From Antedon mediterranea (Eukaryota > Animalia > Echinodermata), in assembly GCF_964355755.1 (NCBI RefSeq), contig NC_092674.1, forward strand, positions 13,082,001 to 13,146,000: 64,000 nucleotides of DNA, written 5' to 3'. Made by a program: the position numbers and the translations under genes. The notes beneath the pieces are model-generated. The model was not told the origin of the DNA and searched no databases. It saw only the letters and a list, made by a program, of their open reading frames with translations. This document shows positions 37,485 through 51,035 of this stretch, piece by piece. Positions within the stretch are counted from its first letter, which is position 1. Each line of letters begins with the position of its first letter.

Positions 37485-38648
37485 CTGAAATATTACAAAC
37501 ATTATGTTATAGTATTTTCTATCTCTAAACAAAGTAGTAAAATATTGTCCTGAAATCAAAACGATGTGATCAATTAAAAATGACGGTATAGTTTTAAATA
37601 ATGCTACATAGTTAAATTAAATAAAGAGTATTAGGCCTAACCCTTTTTTTAAAGATAATGTATTGTATACATATACATTTGTATTTCTTGTAGACCTATA
37701 ACATTTTTTTATAGTGCTTTATAAATTTATAAAACAAATAAGTGGTTTTTTTTTGGCCTGAAAAGTAAAACTTCATCCGGTAGTGCTAACTAGTCTGAGT
37801 GTAAACTGGCAGTTACAGCTAAAATATATCTAGCCTCCAAATTCTGTTCAGGTAACACATTTTGACTGCTAAATTGTTACTATTGGTTTCATTTTACCGT
37901 TCTGGAGGGTATATTTTTTTTTTAATGTTTTATAACATCAAATGAAAATCTTGATTCATATCCATTTATTGTATCATTTAGCATAAAATACATTGTTGCT
38001 CTACAGCACAATACAATGCAAAAACAGATAACTGAAAAAACCACGACATATCATTCTCTAACATTCAGTGCCTTAAAGGCATATGGTAACAATGATTACG
38101 GATCTATTACGAGAGCTGATGTACCATTTCTTTGAACGTCAAAATAGTGCATTGGATTGGTTGGGTCTTGCAAAATTGAATATGTTTCCTCAGTAAAGTA
38201 TCTTATAAAAAGAATCGAAATGAGATTTGCTTAATTATAACTACTGAAGTCCTATACGTGAAGCATAACTAATAATACGTTCTATCCAATTCTTACATGT
38301 GGTACAGGTAAACTATAAAATAAAGAATAATGAGAATACTTTCAATGACAGATTTATAAAAAAAAAAAGACGTATGTCTAATGCAAGGGTTAACTCGAAA
38401 AGATGTGAGTCTATGTAACAGCATGGATTTCTCCATGGTAACAGTAAAGCCTATTTGATACTCTCAGAGCCATAGTAATTATGGTATTTGCATAGACTAT
38501 ACCCAACTTCAAGTATTATTAAATTATATGACCACGTTCTATCACCATATTAAATATTTTGTCATTGTTTAAAGAAAACATTAATCATGATGTTTTTAAA
38601 GTGTAATAAGTGCTACTAAGCGCCTTTGATGTTTACATTGGTAGTTAA

Positions 38649-41600
38649 GAGCCATTGTCTGTAAGAATCAAAGAAATATCAAAAAGAGTGGCAGACTCAA
38701 AAAAATGGATTTCTTTCAAATTTTGCACATGGCTATATATGTGTTGAGAGAAATCAAATATGAAGTATTTTTTATTTCACACGTATATTTCCATGGCAAC
38801 GGCCAAATTTTTGTTTTTGACAAATTTTGTCCTTTTTTAAGGTTTTTTAAAATGGATATTGGCACTACTTTGATGAACGATATTTTTGTTTTGTTCATTT
38901 AATTATAAAAAATAATTAGTGTATGCATAATAACAATGCACTGTGTACCTGTTTCAAATTTTTTAATTTTTTTTTATTTCATTCTTTGGGAGATACCATT
39001 TATTTAAAAAGGGGTGTTTTTCACTTTTTTTAAATTGTTCCATGCAACTAAACTTTACTTCACCATAACGCCCAAAGTGGTGTAGTTTTTTAGCTGATTT
39101 ATTACAAATAGGTAGTTCTAATGTTTAATAATTGATTTCTAAAATAAAATACTGGGGTAAATTTAAAATCTACAAGCAGTGTTGCGAGAAACATAGGCAT
39201 TTTTATAAAAAAAAAAAACATGGTATTAGTAAAAACATTTTATTTTCTTTGATTATTTGATTTAAAACTCATTGGTCAGAAACATTCTTAATGTTTTATA
39301 TAGTTCTAGTTGTGTTGTGAGAAAAAAAAATTTTAATTATAGATTCTGTAATTCCCAGTTTTAATGTCATTTTATAGGTTATATCCTCTGGAAATTTGAA
39401 TAAATTATCAGATCGTTGTGAATTTTAATCTTTGCAATAGATTACTCCTCTCTTATTTTGAAGCTCCTCTTTCATTTGTTTACTTCTTTTATTTGCTAAC
39501 CTAATCAGATCCCACATGCCCATCCACCACCACTTTCGACTACCACCCCTCCCCACACCCACCCGACTATAACCACAAAAAGATAAACTGCAACACTTTG
39601 GTCGATCATCCACTATAGAGTGTCAAATGCATGCATTCAAGCACCACCCACACTGCCGCTACTATCGCCCCAATGAATAGACGGATTCAAACTCCTCCAT
39701 CCCACCACCTCCCCTTTTCTCCAAGCCCCCACCCACCCCAAGTTAAAAATTGCAATGCAAAAGATAGGACATAAAGTTAAGTTTTTAGACCCTCGCGTTC
39801 AACCACCTAACTATTTAAAAGTCCTGGATCCACCACTTTCCCCTCCCCAAAATAGAACCAATCAAAAGTCAATGATATACTCAGGTATGTTAATGCTACA
39901 TAACAAATATTGAAGCCCTGATTTGAAATTTCATTTCATTTAAGGTCAGCATGTAAAATATCACACTTTATTATTAAATATTGGTTTTAAATTCTATATT
40001 TTTTTTACTGTGATGGTTGGATTCAGTAATAATTATTAATTAATAATTATCTGATAATTATTTAATTTCCCTTAGTTATGCATAGCAACAGTTACTATGG
40101 TAACTAAAAATGAGATATTCTTTAGATTTTGCATATTTATCTCATACAAATTTAAATTTGTAGATTATTAGCAGGCATGCCTTATTTGCATTTTCAAATT
40201 ACCGTTTCACAAGGTCATATTCGTAAGCACTTTCTTCTGTGATTATTTTTATTCATGAAAACCCCATATTTTATTTACAGCGGCCACCTCCCTTAACGGA
40301 CGCACTTTGAAAAGCCTGTTTGTTCTTCCTATCTAATTAGTGCATTTGGTGCTTACCGTAAGCAGCTGCGAGCACCTTTTTATACTAAAAATGAGATTTT
40401 TTGTAGCGACCAATCGAAAAATGTGATACTTATTGCATGGACCTATGAATTAGAGGTGCATGTTTATTGTATTTCTTTATATATTAGCTGTATTTTGAAG
40501 AGGTTTTAAAAACATTACTGTGAAGAGATGAGAAAACTACACAGATTTTGACCGACCATTTTTCATATGATAAAAGTTTTTAAAATTTGTCTGAAAATGC
40601 TAAAAAATACTAAACCACCTGATTATAAATAATAATAGGCCTACAATTAGCTGGAAAATTGAGAGGCTCGTTTCGTTAAGAATATCGTATATAGCCATAA
40701 TAAGTGATTTTGGCCCTTTATCGGCAGAACCTCCCGTAAGGGGTCACCGCCCGTAAGCGGCCACTTTTCCAGGTCCCGAGGGTGGCCACTTACGGGAGGT
40801 TCAACTGTATTTAACAAAACAATTATCCTTAGTTACGCATAGAAACAGGTTCTAAGATAACATAACTAATACAATTTGACATAACTTGACCCAAAAAATT
40901 ACCCTTTTCACAAGGTCAGACATTTTCTGGGATTCAGTAGATAAGTAAATTTGGGAGAAGGTAGTAAAGCTATGTAATCAATTGTTTGTAGTCATGAAAC
41001 CCCATATTAAAAATATTGTACTCAGTTACGTATAGAAACAGTTGCTACAATACACTATAGGTAAAATGTTGATGTCATTTGACCTCAATATGTAACATTT
41101 TTTTTTTTCATGAAACTCCATATTTAATTTTTTTTTTAAATATCATTTGTTACGTAAACAGGTTTAAGATAACAATAAAGGTCATTTTTTGTTACCTTTA
41201 TTCAGATTCGTCAAGACTTTCTTTCTGAGATTATTATGATTCAGTATTTAAAGTAAATTTGGCAAAAAGTAGAAATGTAAAACTGTGTAGAAAAAATGTT
41301 TTTTATTTATGAAAAACCCCTTATTTTTTTTAAATTTTCGCATAGAAACAGTTACTATGGTAAAATGTTTACCTCAAAATGAATGAATTTACAAGGTCAA
41401 GTTTGTCATTAATGGAATGCAGTAGAAGTAAAATTGAGAAACATGTACAAATGCAATCAATTCTTTGTATTTATAAAAACGCCATTTTTTACGTTTTTTT
41501 TTAAAATGACTTTCCTTAGTTACACATAGAAATGGTTGCTAAGGTAACACTATAGGTAAAATATGAAAATTGTTGAGAATTGTTATGAACTATCTTGTAA

Positions 41601-42565
41601 ATTTTGATCAAACATTAATAGTTGTAGTAAAGTGGGGACCTGTCTTGTTTTGCATTCTAACCCCTTTTGACCTCAAATGACCTATTTACAAGGTCAGATT
41701 TTTTGGGAGGTCTTTCTGTATCTCTTTACACAAAATAGATTTAAAAATTTATAAAAACCATTGACTCAATTATTTCCAAGTTTAACATTATTTTCCATCA
41801 ACTAAATAATTATTTCAATGCAAAATACTGTTTTTCTGGCAATTAATTGAAATAAACCTGGCAACACATTCTCCTATTTTATCTAAACTATTCGTATGAC
41901 TCTAGTAGCATTATGACAAGCCATATATACATTTTATTATTGGATTAGCCATATTTAAATTGTGTTTCATGTGTTTTGTTTGTTGATATTTTGTTATATG
42001 TTTTGCATTTTTCGTATTTTCCTGGCAACACAAAACCTATGTACGAAATTTACCCCAGTGTTTTTTTCGTGATTATTGTTGACAAACCTATTGACTATCA
42101 AATTAAAAAACCTCATTGATTTAAAAATACCACTTTGGAAGTTATAGGTACGTTTATGAGGTATACTTTTATAAAAAAAATATTTTTTAAAAACACCCCT
42201 TTTTAAAAAAATGGTATCAACCAAACTCCATTTTGTAATTTATTTTTTTTCTACATTAAATGGAACTCAATACATGTTGTTTACACTGCTATAAACAAAA
42301 ACTGTATACTGTAAGTATTTTTGGTTAAAATAAGTATACAAGTTTGTACTTTTTCACTATAGAAAATCTGTGAAAAATGGCAAAAACATCAAAATTTGGA
42401 TAATTGACCGTTGTCATGGCAACAGAGGCTAAAAATTAAAATGAATGTTGTAGTTATGCTTTTTATTGAAATGTCTATTCATGGTAAAAATTTCAGAGAA
42501 ATCCATTTTTTTACATCTGCCACCATGCACCAAATCTTTGATTTTTAGGCTACATACAATGGCTC
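38649..42565. mobile_element. 3.9-kb non-autonomous Kolobok-type element with long imperfect subterminal inverted repeats
   Basis: TTAA at 38645-38648 and 42566-42569; GAGCCATTGT...ACAATGGCTC termini; empty site ggtagttaactactgc near 35790. Confidence 0.87.
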
Positions 42566-42836
42566 TTAATTACTGCAATACAAATACTTACTTATCAATA
42601 TAAGTATATGCAAGTTACTACAAAAATATTGGTATGCATACAGAGAGTCATGTCAGGAATAAACAATGTAAGTCGCTTATTACGAAGATGGACCTATTTC
42701 ATTATGTAACTGCTGTTGTCACTTTGATGTTATTTACATACATAATTTGTATAATTAATGTTTATCTATTGTGTAATCAATTATGTTTTCTGATTGAACT
42801 TAACTGATTTTAAATCAATGGGAGCTCATCAGTTAT

Positions 42837-43923
42837 GGGTGTCACGAAAGCTCAGACCACGAAAGCTCAGACCCCCTAAGACCTAAGATCACGAAAGCTA
42901 AGACCCAACACCTAAGATTACAAATATTTATCTTTCGCACCTGCCTTGTATTTTAACTCCCAACATTTATTCTGAATACCACACCTTAGAATTGGCACTT
43001 TCATGAAAAAGAATCACATAAAAAGTAACAAATACATTTTTAAATTGATGATTTTACAGACGTTTTTCTCGCACACAAAATGACTAGCCTACAGTACAGT
43101 AGGCCTACCCCATGGGCCATGTTCAATGTTTTTGTTTCTATGGAACAGTCAAAAGAGCAAAAATTATATAGAGGGCTGAAAACTCTGTGGAGTCCATCTA
43201 CAGTGTGGATGGAACAATGTAAAATTAAAATTGTAATGATAATAGTATAATCATGCAAGTACGAAGAAATAAATACTGGCAAATAAATTTTAATTTAAAA
43301 ATCATGATAAGTTTTTTTGTTTCGTTTTCTTTCTGTTTTTATACTTGTACTATTATTGTTGCTCTTTTGGCGCTCCATAGAAACAAAAACATTGAGCATG
43401 GGGAGCTCGAGGAGTTACATTGTCATTACAGTATACAAAGAAACACATCTGTAAAATCATCAATTTAAAGGATTTATTTATTTGTTATTATGTGTTTCTC
43501 CTTCTGAAAGTACTTATAAGTCCTAATTTTAAAGTGTGGTGTTCAGGATAAAGTTAGTCAACAAATTTGGAGTCAAAATACAAGAAAGGCAGGTGCGTAA
43601 GAAAAACATCCTCTGAACCAACACAATGGAGTAAATATATACCAACAAACAACCCGTCAAGTTTGTTTGTTGTAAAGAAAAAATATACATTTACTCAACG
43701 GGCGAAAATAATGTGAGTTTATCTATGTTTTGCGGTAGTATTAAATTATATTTATGGTAATAAATGAAACCTACTGTGTTTAAAATTATGTATGGATAAA
43801 CAAGTATTGTTTTTAAGCTGTAGTATATCTTAGTATTTGTAATCTTAGGTGTTGGGTCTTAGCTTTCGTGATCTTAGGTCTTAGGGGGTCTGAGCTTTCG
43901 TGGTCTGAGGTTTCGTGACACCC
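42837..43923. mobile_element. MULE/foldback-like non-autonomous element
   Basis: ~90-bp TIR GGGTGTCACGAAA...; CATCAGTTAT duplicated at 42827-42836 and 43924-43933; empty site near 36728-36737. Confidence 0.9.
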
Positions 43924-45889
43924 CATCAGTTATATACATTATAATGATTTCAGATTTGACAAAATAATTAAAACTGATTACTTTCCGGTTATCAGAAAAC
44001 TTAAATGTGTTAACATTTACATAAACAATGGTACGAAGACGTAAACTTACTGTGAGCTTCTGCATGTAATATATACTATTAAGAGGCTAATTATGCTTAT
44101 TTCAAATAACAGTTCGGAATAGTTGGATTTTGTTGCTTATGTTCGAAATTGTCTTTTATTTCAAACTCACAAAAACGGGCAATGAAAATTTCGTTATTAA
44201 AAACATTATTTAAAGCTTATTCAGTATAGTTAAATTATTCAATTATTCATTTATTTATATGTGTTGTTCTATTTTTTTTCTTTTTCCTTCGTTAGATAAA
44301 ACATGTTAGTGATAAAATGCTAATATTCTAGTTAACATTCTTCATTTAATGATATTCCCACAAATTGCACTGTTTATGTATACTTAAATAGGACGGTAGC
44401 TCTTTTCGTATATTTGTTGCTGTTAGGATAATAAATATTTCACTTCAAAAACTTTCCAAAAATAGTGTTACACAACAATGACAACGTGTCGCCATAAAGC
44501 AAATATTCAATTCACAGGAATTCAGTACATTATTGTTTTATATTATTGTAATTCGATGTTTTCTTCACTTCAATTATTATCCTATTGGAAAAAAGGGTTT
44601 AGTCGCGTTAACTTTAGATCTGCAAGTGACAGAGAAGCTTTTCTCTTGTCCGATGTCAGGTGGTGATTGAATCTGAGTTAAACGTTTTTAATAAAGCATT
44701 TATTAGATTTTAGTAATACTTTACGTCACCCTTAATAGGTATTAAATGTCATTTTAATATGCATTTTCGACTTATAGTATATTCAATATATTTCATTCTT
44801 GTGTTTGATTTGTTTAGTCTGTAAATCAACAATGTAATTATTATTACTCTGAAAGGGTCTTACGTGACAAGATTTTTTATCTTCTAGTATTGATCCTATT
44901 ATAGTTTCTTTATATCAATTCTATTTTTATCTTTTTACTATTTGTTTGTTATACTGAGCCATTTATGAAATACATGTTGTTGAATTAAATTGATTTGAAT
45001 GAATATTATTATAAATAGTTTGTCTTGAATGAAGTTTAATTTAATTTGAATTGCATGTTTATTGTATTAACATTTGTCTGTAATTGCAGTATTACTTTGT
45101 TTAAAATGAATCTTACAGAAACAATGGTACTTCCTACTAGTAGTAGGCCTAGTATTGTCGTGGATGCCATTCCATTTTCAGATTGTTATTTGTAAATTAA
45201 AGTGCAATTAACCCAGCAATTGTCATATTTCATTTAGAGTAGTACGTCCTGTACGCCCTCTATAATGTTCCCTATTATGTCATAATTAATCATGAATTAT
45301 TCATGATTTCTGCCCACGTTCGTCCTGGAAAAAAAAATTACCCGTCCGTACTTAGAATTTACTTTGACAATAATTTGCTCACGGTTGTATGGCGGCGCCC
45401 TTCCACATAACCTTTATCCCATCCCATCCCATTGAAACCGAATTTAGACATTTTTAAATAGATTTGATTTGGTACGCTACCAATAATACTACTGTTTTTA
45501 TAATACAGTAGAAAGATTTCTCGCCTATGTAAACAAAAGAAGGGTTACTTCTTGACACTCTCAAAAGGCTTTTTAGATTGTTGCTATTAATTCGGTTCGA
45601 ACGTAAATGAGTTGGCAGTAAATGAATAGAAGTTTTAAAAGGAAGTTAAAGTGAGGCGTATGAATGAAGGTGAGCGAATAAGGCCTATTCCACATCTTTG
45701 TGTGTGATTGATGCGTTTATACCTATAGACACTGTTATAATACATTCTGTAAAAGCATGTTTCATTGTTGTTGCCGACGGATCGATTATGATGTTATGTA
45801 TAATACAGGTCATGATTATTGTTATTAAAATAGGAAAATAATCTACTAAATTGTGTTTGTGTTGTACCATGTTGTGTTTCAGTTACTGA

Positions 45890-47108
45890 ACAACATAGTT
45901 CTGCTGGTTCTGTTACTTAGATAAGAAGGGGACCTATGCTCGAGGACTATTCATAGACTTTTCATCTGCATTTAATTTGAGGCAGCCTCATATTTTAATG
46001 AATAAAATGTCTGAATGGAAGGTTAATCCTTACCTTGCTCTATGGGTTGGTGATTTTCTTACAAATCGGCTACAGTATGTTAAAGTTGGTAAATCTATCT
46101 CAGAGATTAGAAGGATCAACACTGGTGTACCCCAGGGGTGTTGTCTGTCATCAATTTTATTTACAATATATACTAGTGAATGTCGATCTTCATGTAGCAT
46201 GTGTCATATAATCAAATACGCAGATGACATGGTACTGATTGGTCTATTGAAAAATGCTGACGATCATGTGTATAAGGCTGAATATGTTAAATTAATGTCA
46301 TGGTGCAATGACAATTACCTTAAGATTAATTTTAATAAAACTAAAGAAATTATATGGGATTTTAGGAAAAAGAAAAATGAAAAAAGTTATCTGATAGTTA
46401 ATGATCAGACAATTGAACGTGTTCATGAAACCAAATATCTTGGTACACATATTGATGATCAACTTAGTTTTGAAAAAAATACGGCCGAGATAATTAAGAA
46501 AGGTCACCAAAGGTTATATTTCCTAAGAAAGCTAAATAAATTTAATGTTAGCTGTGGTACTTTAAAATTATTCTATGAAACAGTTATTCAATCAGTACTA
46601 GTTATCTCTTTTATTGCTTGGTTCGGTAATTTAAATGAAACACACAAGAAAGGTCTCATTAGAATTACTAAGATAGCATCAAATATAATTGGTTATATGT
46701 ACGGTTAATGATTTAAAATATCTTTATGAAAAACAGGTCCTAAGTAAATTAAGTAAAATTTTAGAAGATAAGAAACATCCATTACATATGATCTTTTGTA
46801 AGAACAAGTCAGGTCGGTTACGGGCTCCTAGAGCTGATACGTCAAGAAACCGACTGTCTTTTGTACCAAATTCAACTCATATTTTTAACTCAAAGATTGT
46901 TAGATCATAATAGCGCACATGCAATATATATTTTAAAGTTTTACCGTTGATGGATGTTTAAATTAATGTTTTTAAATTGTAAATTTGTTCTATGTATGAT
47001 GTAATTATGAATGTTTTACCATATTTTTCTGTCGAGGAAAACAATTTTTCCATGTACAATTTATTTTATTTGGAACGAATAAAGATTTGATTTGATTTGA
47101 TTTGATTT
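45890..47108 (+). mobile_element. 5'-truncated LINE (Rex1/Babar- or L2-like) with (GATTT)n tail
   Basis: DFSSAFN, GVPQGCCLS, YADD, QRLYFLRKL motifs; AATAAA followed by gattt repeats at ~47079-47108. Confidence 0.85.
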
Positions 47109-47411
47109 ATACAACAGTACTTTATAATAATATTTATTAAAATGTGCATATATAGAATACAATTTTGCTTATGTATCGCTGTTTCACATTGATCAAAGCG
47201 ATTGACATTATTATTACAATGTAGTAGCAGTTAACAATATATATATATCAATTATGTATTGAATGAAATTTAAAATCACTTTATTTTTTATTAATACGTT
47301 CATTTTAATAATGCTTTTAAACCAAAATTCAGATTTAACCAGTCTAATTTGTGCTGGAGAAAGAGCAGTTCAGAGCACAGGATCGGCTAAATGCATGACA
47401 ATCACCTGAAA

Positions 47412-47485
47412 CTAGTAATTGGATTGTACAGACGCCTAGTAATTGGATTGTACAGACGCCTATTAATTGGATTGTACAGACGCCT
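47412..47485 (+). repeat. Three copies of a 24-bp unit (TAGTAATTGGATTGTACAGACGCC)
   Basis: Direct tandem repeat. Confidence 0.9.
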
Positions 47486-49426
47486 GGTGTCATTCTCACA
47501 CCGAAGTCCCTTTCTGTTAAAACCATAGGGTCTAGTAAAATCTCGAAGGTACTCTGACGCTAGATTATCGAGACAATTATGAACATTTAAATGTCTTACA
47601 TTGCATTCTACAATGTAAAGGAAGCCAATGAAGCTCAAAAGGAAGTAATATAAGTCTAGCGTTTTGTAATATTTTCATTTTTTTACCAAAGATACCAACA
47701 AACTCCGTGTTACATTAGCCCGGTCCACAAAGGGACCATTGGCATTAGTGCACGTCGTATTAACTTAAAACTTTCTAATTCTGCATAGACCTCTCGCTCA
47801 CCCTCTAGTAAGTGTGGACGATGGATGGACTGTTTAATAAAAAACCTCGGTTACCATATAATTATTGAAATTACTATTTGTAAAATAAACCTAGTCTGGT
47901 TGTCAGTGCCATTTTTAGACTAAATAAGATGAGGAATATAACAGTTTCATGTAACACATTATCAATTCCTTTAACTTTTAAAATTATATTCCTATGATGG
48001 ATGTGGACAGTAGACATAATCAATGATACATGACATTTCGCGTATTATCATATTCATTCTCGGTAACAGTGGGTTCAGTTCTGTGGTGGGTCAAATCGCA
48101 TACAATAAACATTTAATTGGCGGATGGTCAAACATTGTAGTTTTATTTTTCCCTATTCATACCTATATTTATTTTATTTTTTTTTATTCACTTGACAACC
48201 AATTACGATGAAACCGCCACTAACAGGTTGAATGTATATGAATGAATGCTGGTCAAGCACATCACAAGATGACAGTTTTATACTTTTGCTTTTCCGCTAC
48301 TCTCCTGTTATACTTATATGTTTGTTTTTTTGCTATGTAGAAAGATTGAAAATAAATAAATAAATAAATGTAAACATAATAAACTATAATAATACATTCA
48401 AATATGCAACAATAACATAAACAAAAATCGGAACACTATAGAGATTTAACAATTTTACGATGAAATACATTTAAACTATCATAAAATAAATCAATATCCA
48501 AACAAGTAAAAAGCACACTATTAAATGTGTTAGGTAACCGCTGAAAATACATGTTTTGTGCATTCAACACGACCACCAACTTTGTTGCCTCCAAATAATA
48601 ACACTAGGTATATTACCCGGGTCGTTATATGTTGGGTTTTGTACATAATGTAGGGGACACCTCATGAAACGTCACCAAAAACATGCATAATGCAGTAGTC
48701 ATATGCGTCTTGCCCGGGTCTCTGGTTTCCATCGGCGTGGTCATGTTATCGAGAACCATTCATATACACTCACTGGAAGGTGAGAGAGCAAAGCAAACGA
48801 ATCTAGTTATTATAAATACGCTAACATTTACCTCATGGAAAACATTTAGCTCGTAGTATCATGAACGTGCGCATATAGCGCATCGTGGTGTTAAGCCGAA
48901 TCACAAAATTATTAGTGAAACGCATAATAACATTGCAGTAATTATTATTAATTCATAAATTTAATGAAAATATAATCAAACAAAACAATTGTTCTGGAAG
49001 TTGTTTAAGGGTTATGTTAAAAGAAACACATCGACTACGATTTATTTTTAAACAATGTTAATATATGTTTTGGTATCGGAATATGTCATATTTTCGATGA
49101 ATTAAATACACTTATTTTAATAGCTACAAGATATATATTCAACTGTAACATTAAAGAAGACCCACTGTATTTTAATAAATTTAAAGTCATTGTTAAAAGA
49201 AATATTGAAATAGAAACAAATGTTGATTTGAAAATGATAATATGCATACAACCTAAATGAAACAATTAGGAGTATAGTCTACCTTTTAACTACCATGATA
49301 TGTATAAATGTTTGTTTGATTGTGTTTTGTTTTGTATCTTGTTGTTGAGAACCATTTTTTTTTTGTCTTGTTGCTACAGATGGTGGCGCATTGTTGTTTT
49401 TTTGTAATTGAAATAATAAAAAAAAA

Positions 49427-49690
49427 TATTACAAAATGCGACAGCAGTTATTACAAAGTGCGACAGCAGTTATTACAAAGTGCGACAGCAGTTATTACAA
49501 AGTTCGACATCAATTATTACAAAGTGCGACAGCAGTTATTACAAAGTGCGACAGCAGTTATTACAAAGTATGCGAGCTCGATTACTACAAAATGCAAAGG
49601 TTATCACAAAATGTGACAGTTTTGTCACCATGTGCGCACGACAGGTATTACAAAGTATTATGTGACGATTATTACAAAGTGCGACGGTAC
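49427..49690 (+). repeat. 22-bp tandem repeat TTATTACAAAGTGCGACAGCAG, about 6 core units
   Basis: Direct tandem repeat without spacers. Confidence 0.9.
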
Positions 49691-50155
49691 AAAGAGGGTT
49701 TACAGATAGTTATTATATATGCGATGTTTTTTTTTTCAAGACAGTTTATCAGGAATCAATCCTATTTTTGTTCTTTCTTGAGTTAAGTTTAGGGATCATT
49801 AATTTGAAAAACAATAGTTCTTTGGTGAGATCTTGCTTGGAGGTTTCCAGGTCACGGGGTTTAAATTACCGCGACTTTTAAACTATCATTGGTTGATCTA
49901 ACTGCCCAATGTCAAGATTAACCTTGACAAGGTAGCGGTGTTCCGAGCCATGTGAGGGGTACAACCGTGCAGTTCTCGACAATACCGTAATCCTTGATAC
50001 AAAGTATGAAATGATATATGACCCGCAATGTGAGTTGGTTCATTTAGGTATGCTATGTACGCCGGTACGCTCTTTAAATTTTAAAATTAAATATGTATTT
50101 AATCACACTGAATTATATAGTAACACATACTATTATTAATGTTTGTAACACTTAC

Positions 50156-50254
50156 ATTTCTTGGAAGATCCAATTTAGCACCAGCCTTGAGCAAAATAGT
50201 GCAAACATCTGTGTGGCCGTTTTGTGCAGCCAAATATAAAGGTGACGCTCCATT
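50156..50254 (-). CDS. Ankyrin-repeat exon (NGASPLYLAAQNGHTDVCTILLKAGAKLDLPRN)
   Basis: 99 bp, cag/gtaagt splice sites, phase 0/0, ankyrin consensus. Confidence 0.93.
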
Positions 50255-51035
50255 CTGAAACATTACAAACATTATGTTATAGTAGTTTTAACTCTAAACA
50301 AAGTATTAATACTGTACTGAAATCAATACGATCAATTAAAAATAGCGTTATGGATTTAAATAATGGTACTTTGTTAAATTAAATAAAGATTATTAACCTC
50401 TGGTGTTTACTTTAAGATAATGTATTGTATACGTATACATTTGTCTTGCTTGTATAATATTATTCATATAAGTACTGTACAAATGTAAACCAAATAAGTG
50501 TTTCTTTGCCTTTATCAGGTAGTGCTAACGAGTGAAAATTATGATAAAGTGGCGTTTGAACTGGCAGTTATGACAAAAAAATATAATACTAGGATCCAAA
50601 TTCTATTCAACTAAATACTTACTATTGCTTTTGTTTTAGAGTTACTGTTTTACTAAATCAAATTGATATATCGATTCATATCCATTTAATGTATCATTTG
50701 CATAAAATAAATAATGTAGCTCGTACAGAACAACACAATACAGAAACAGAAAAGTCACCATTAAAAAAACATCATCCTCTAACATTTAGTGTTCTAAAGG
50801 CAGATGTTAAAACTATTACGAAATCTATTTGCCCGAGGGGTGATGGACCGCTTCCTTGAACTTCAAAAATAGTGCATGCGATAGGTGGGTCTTGTAAAAT
50901 CGAATGTGTTTTCTTAGTAAAGTATCTAATGATTCAAATTGAGATCTGCTTGAGATCTGCTCTGCTCGTTTGAGTTCAAACGTGTCCTTGTGTGCCATAT
51001 TTATACCCTTACCCTTTATTGGTCGTGCCATTTAA

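Larger units (their letters stand above)
37345..44485 (+). repeat. Tandem duplicate of ~33540-37286
   Basis: 33540-34380 ~ 37345-38466; 35629-35860 ~ 38491-38648 + 42566-42618; 36533-37286 ~ 42620-44485 once two insertions are removed. Confidence 0.88.

Noticed and set aside
49427-49690. CRISPR-like appearance of the 22-bp repeats (also 26315-26652 and 47412-47485)
   Set aside because: Units are directly adjacent with no unique spacers, there are no cas genes, and the context is eukaryotic.
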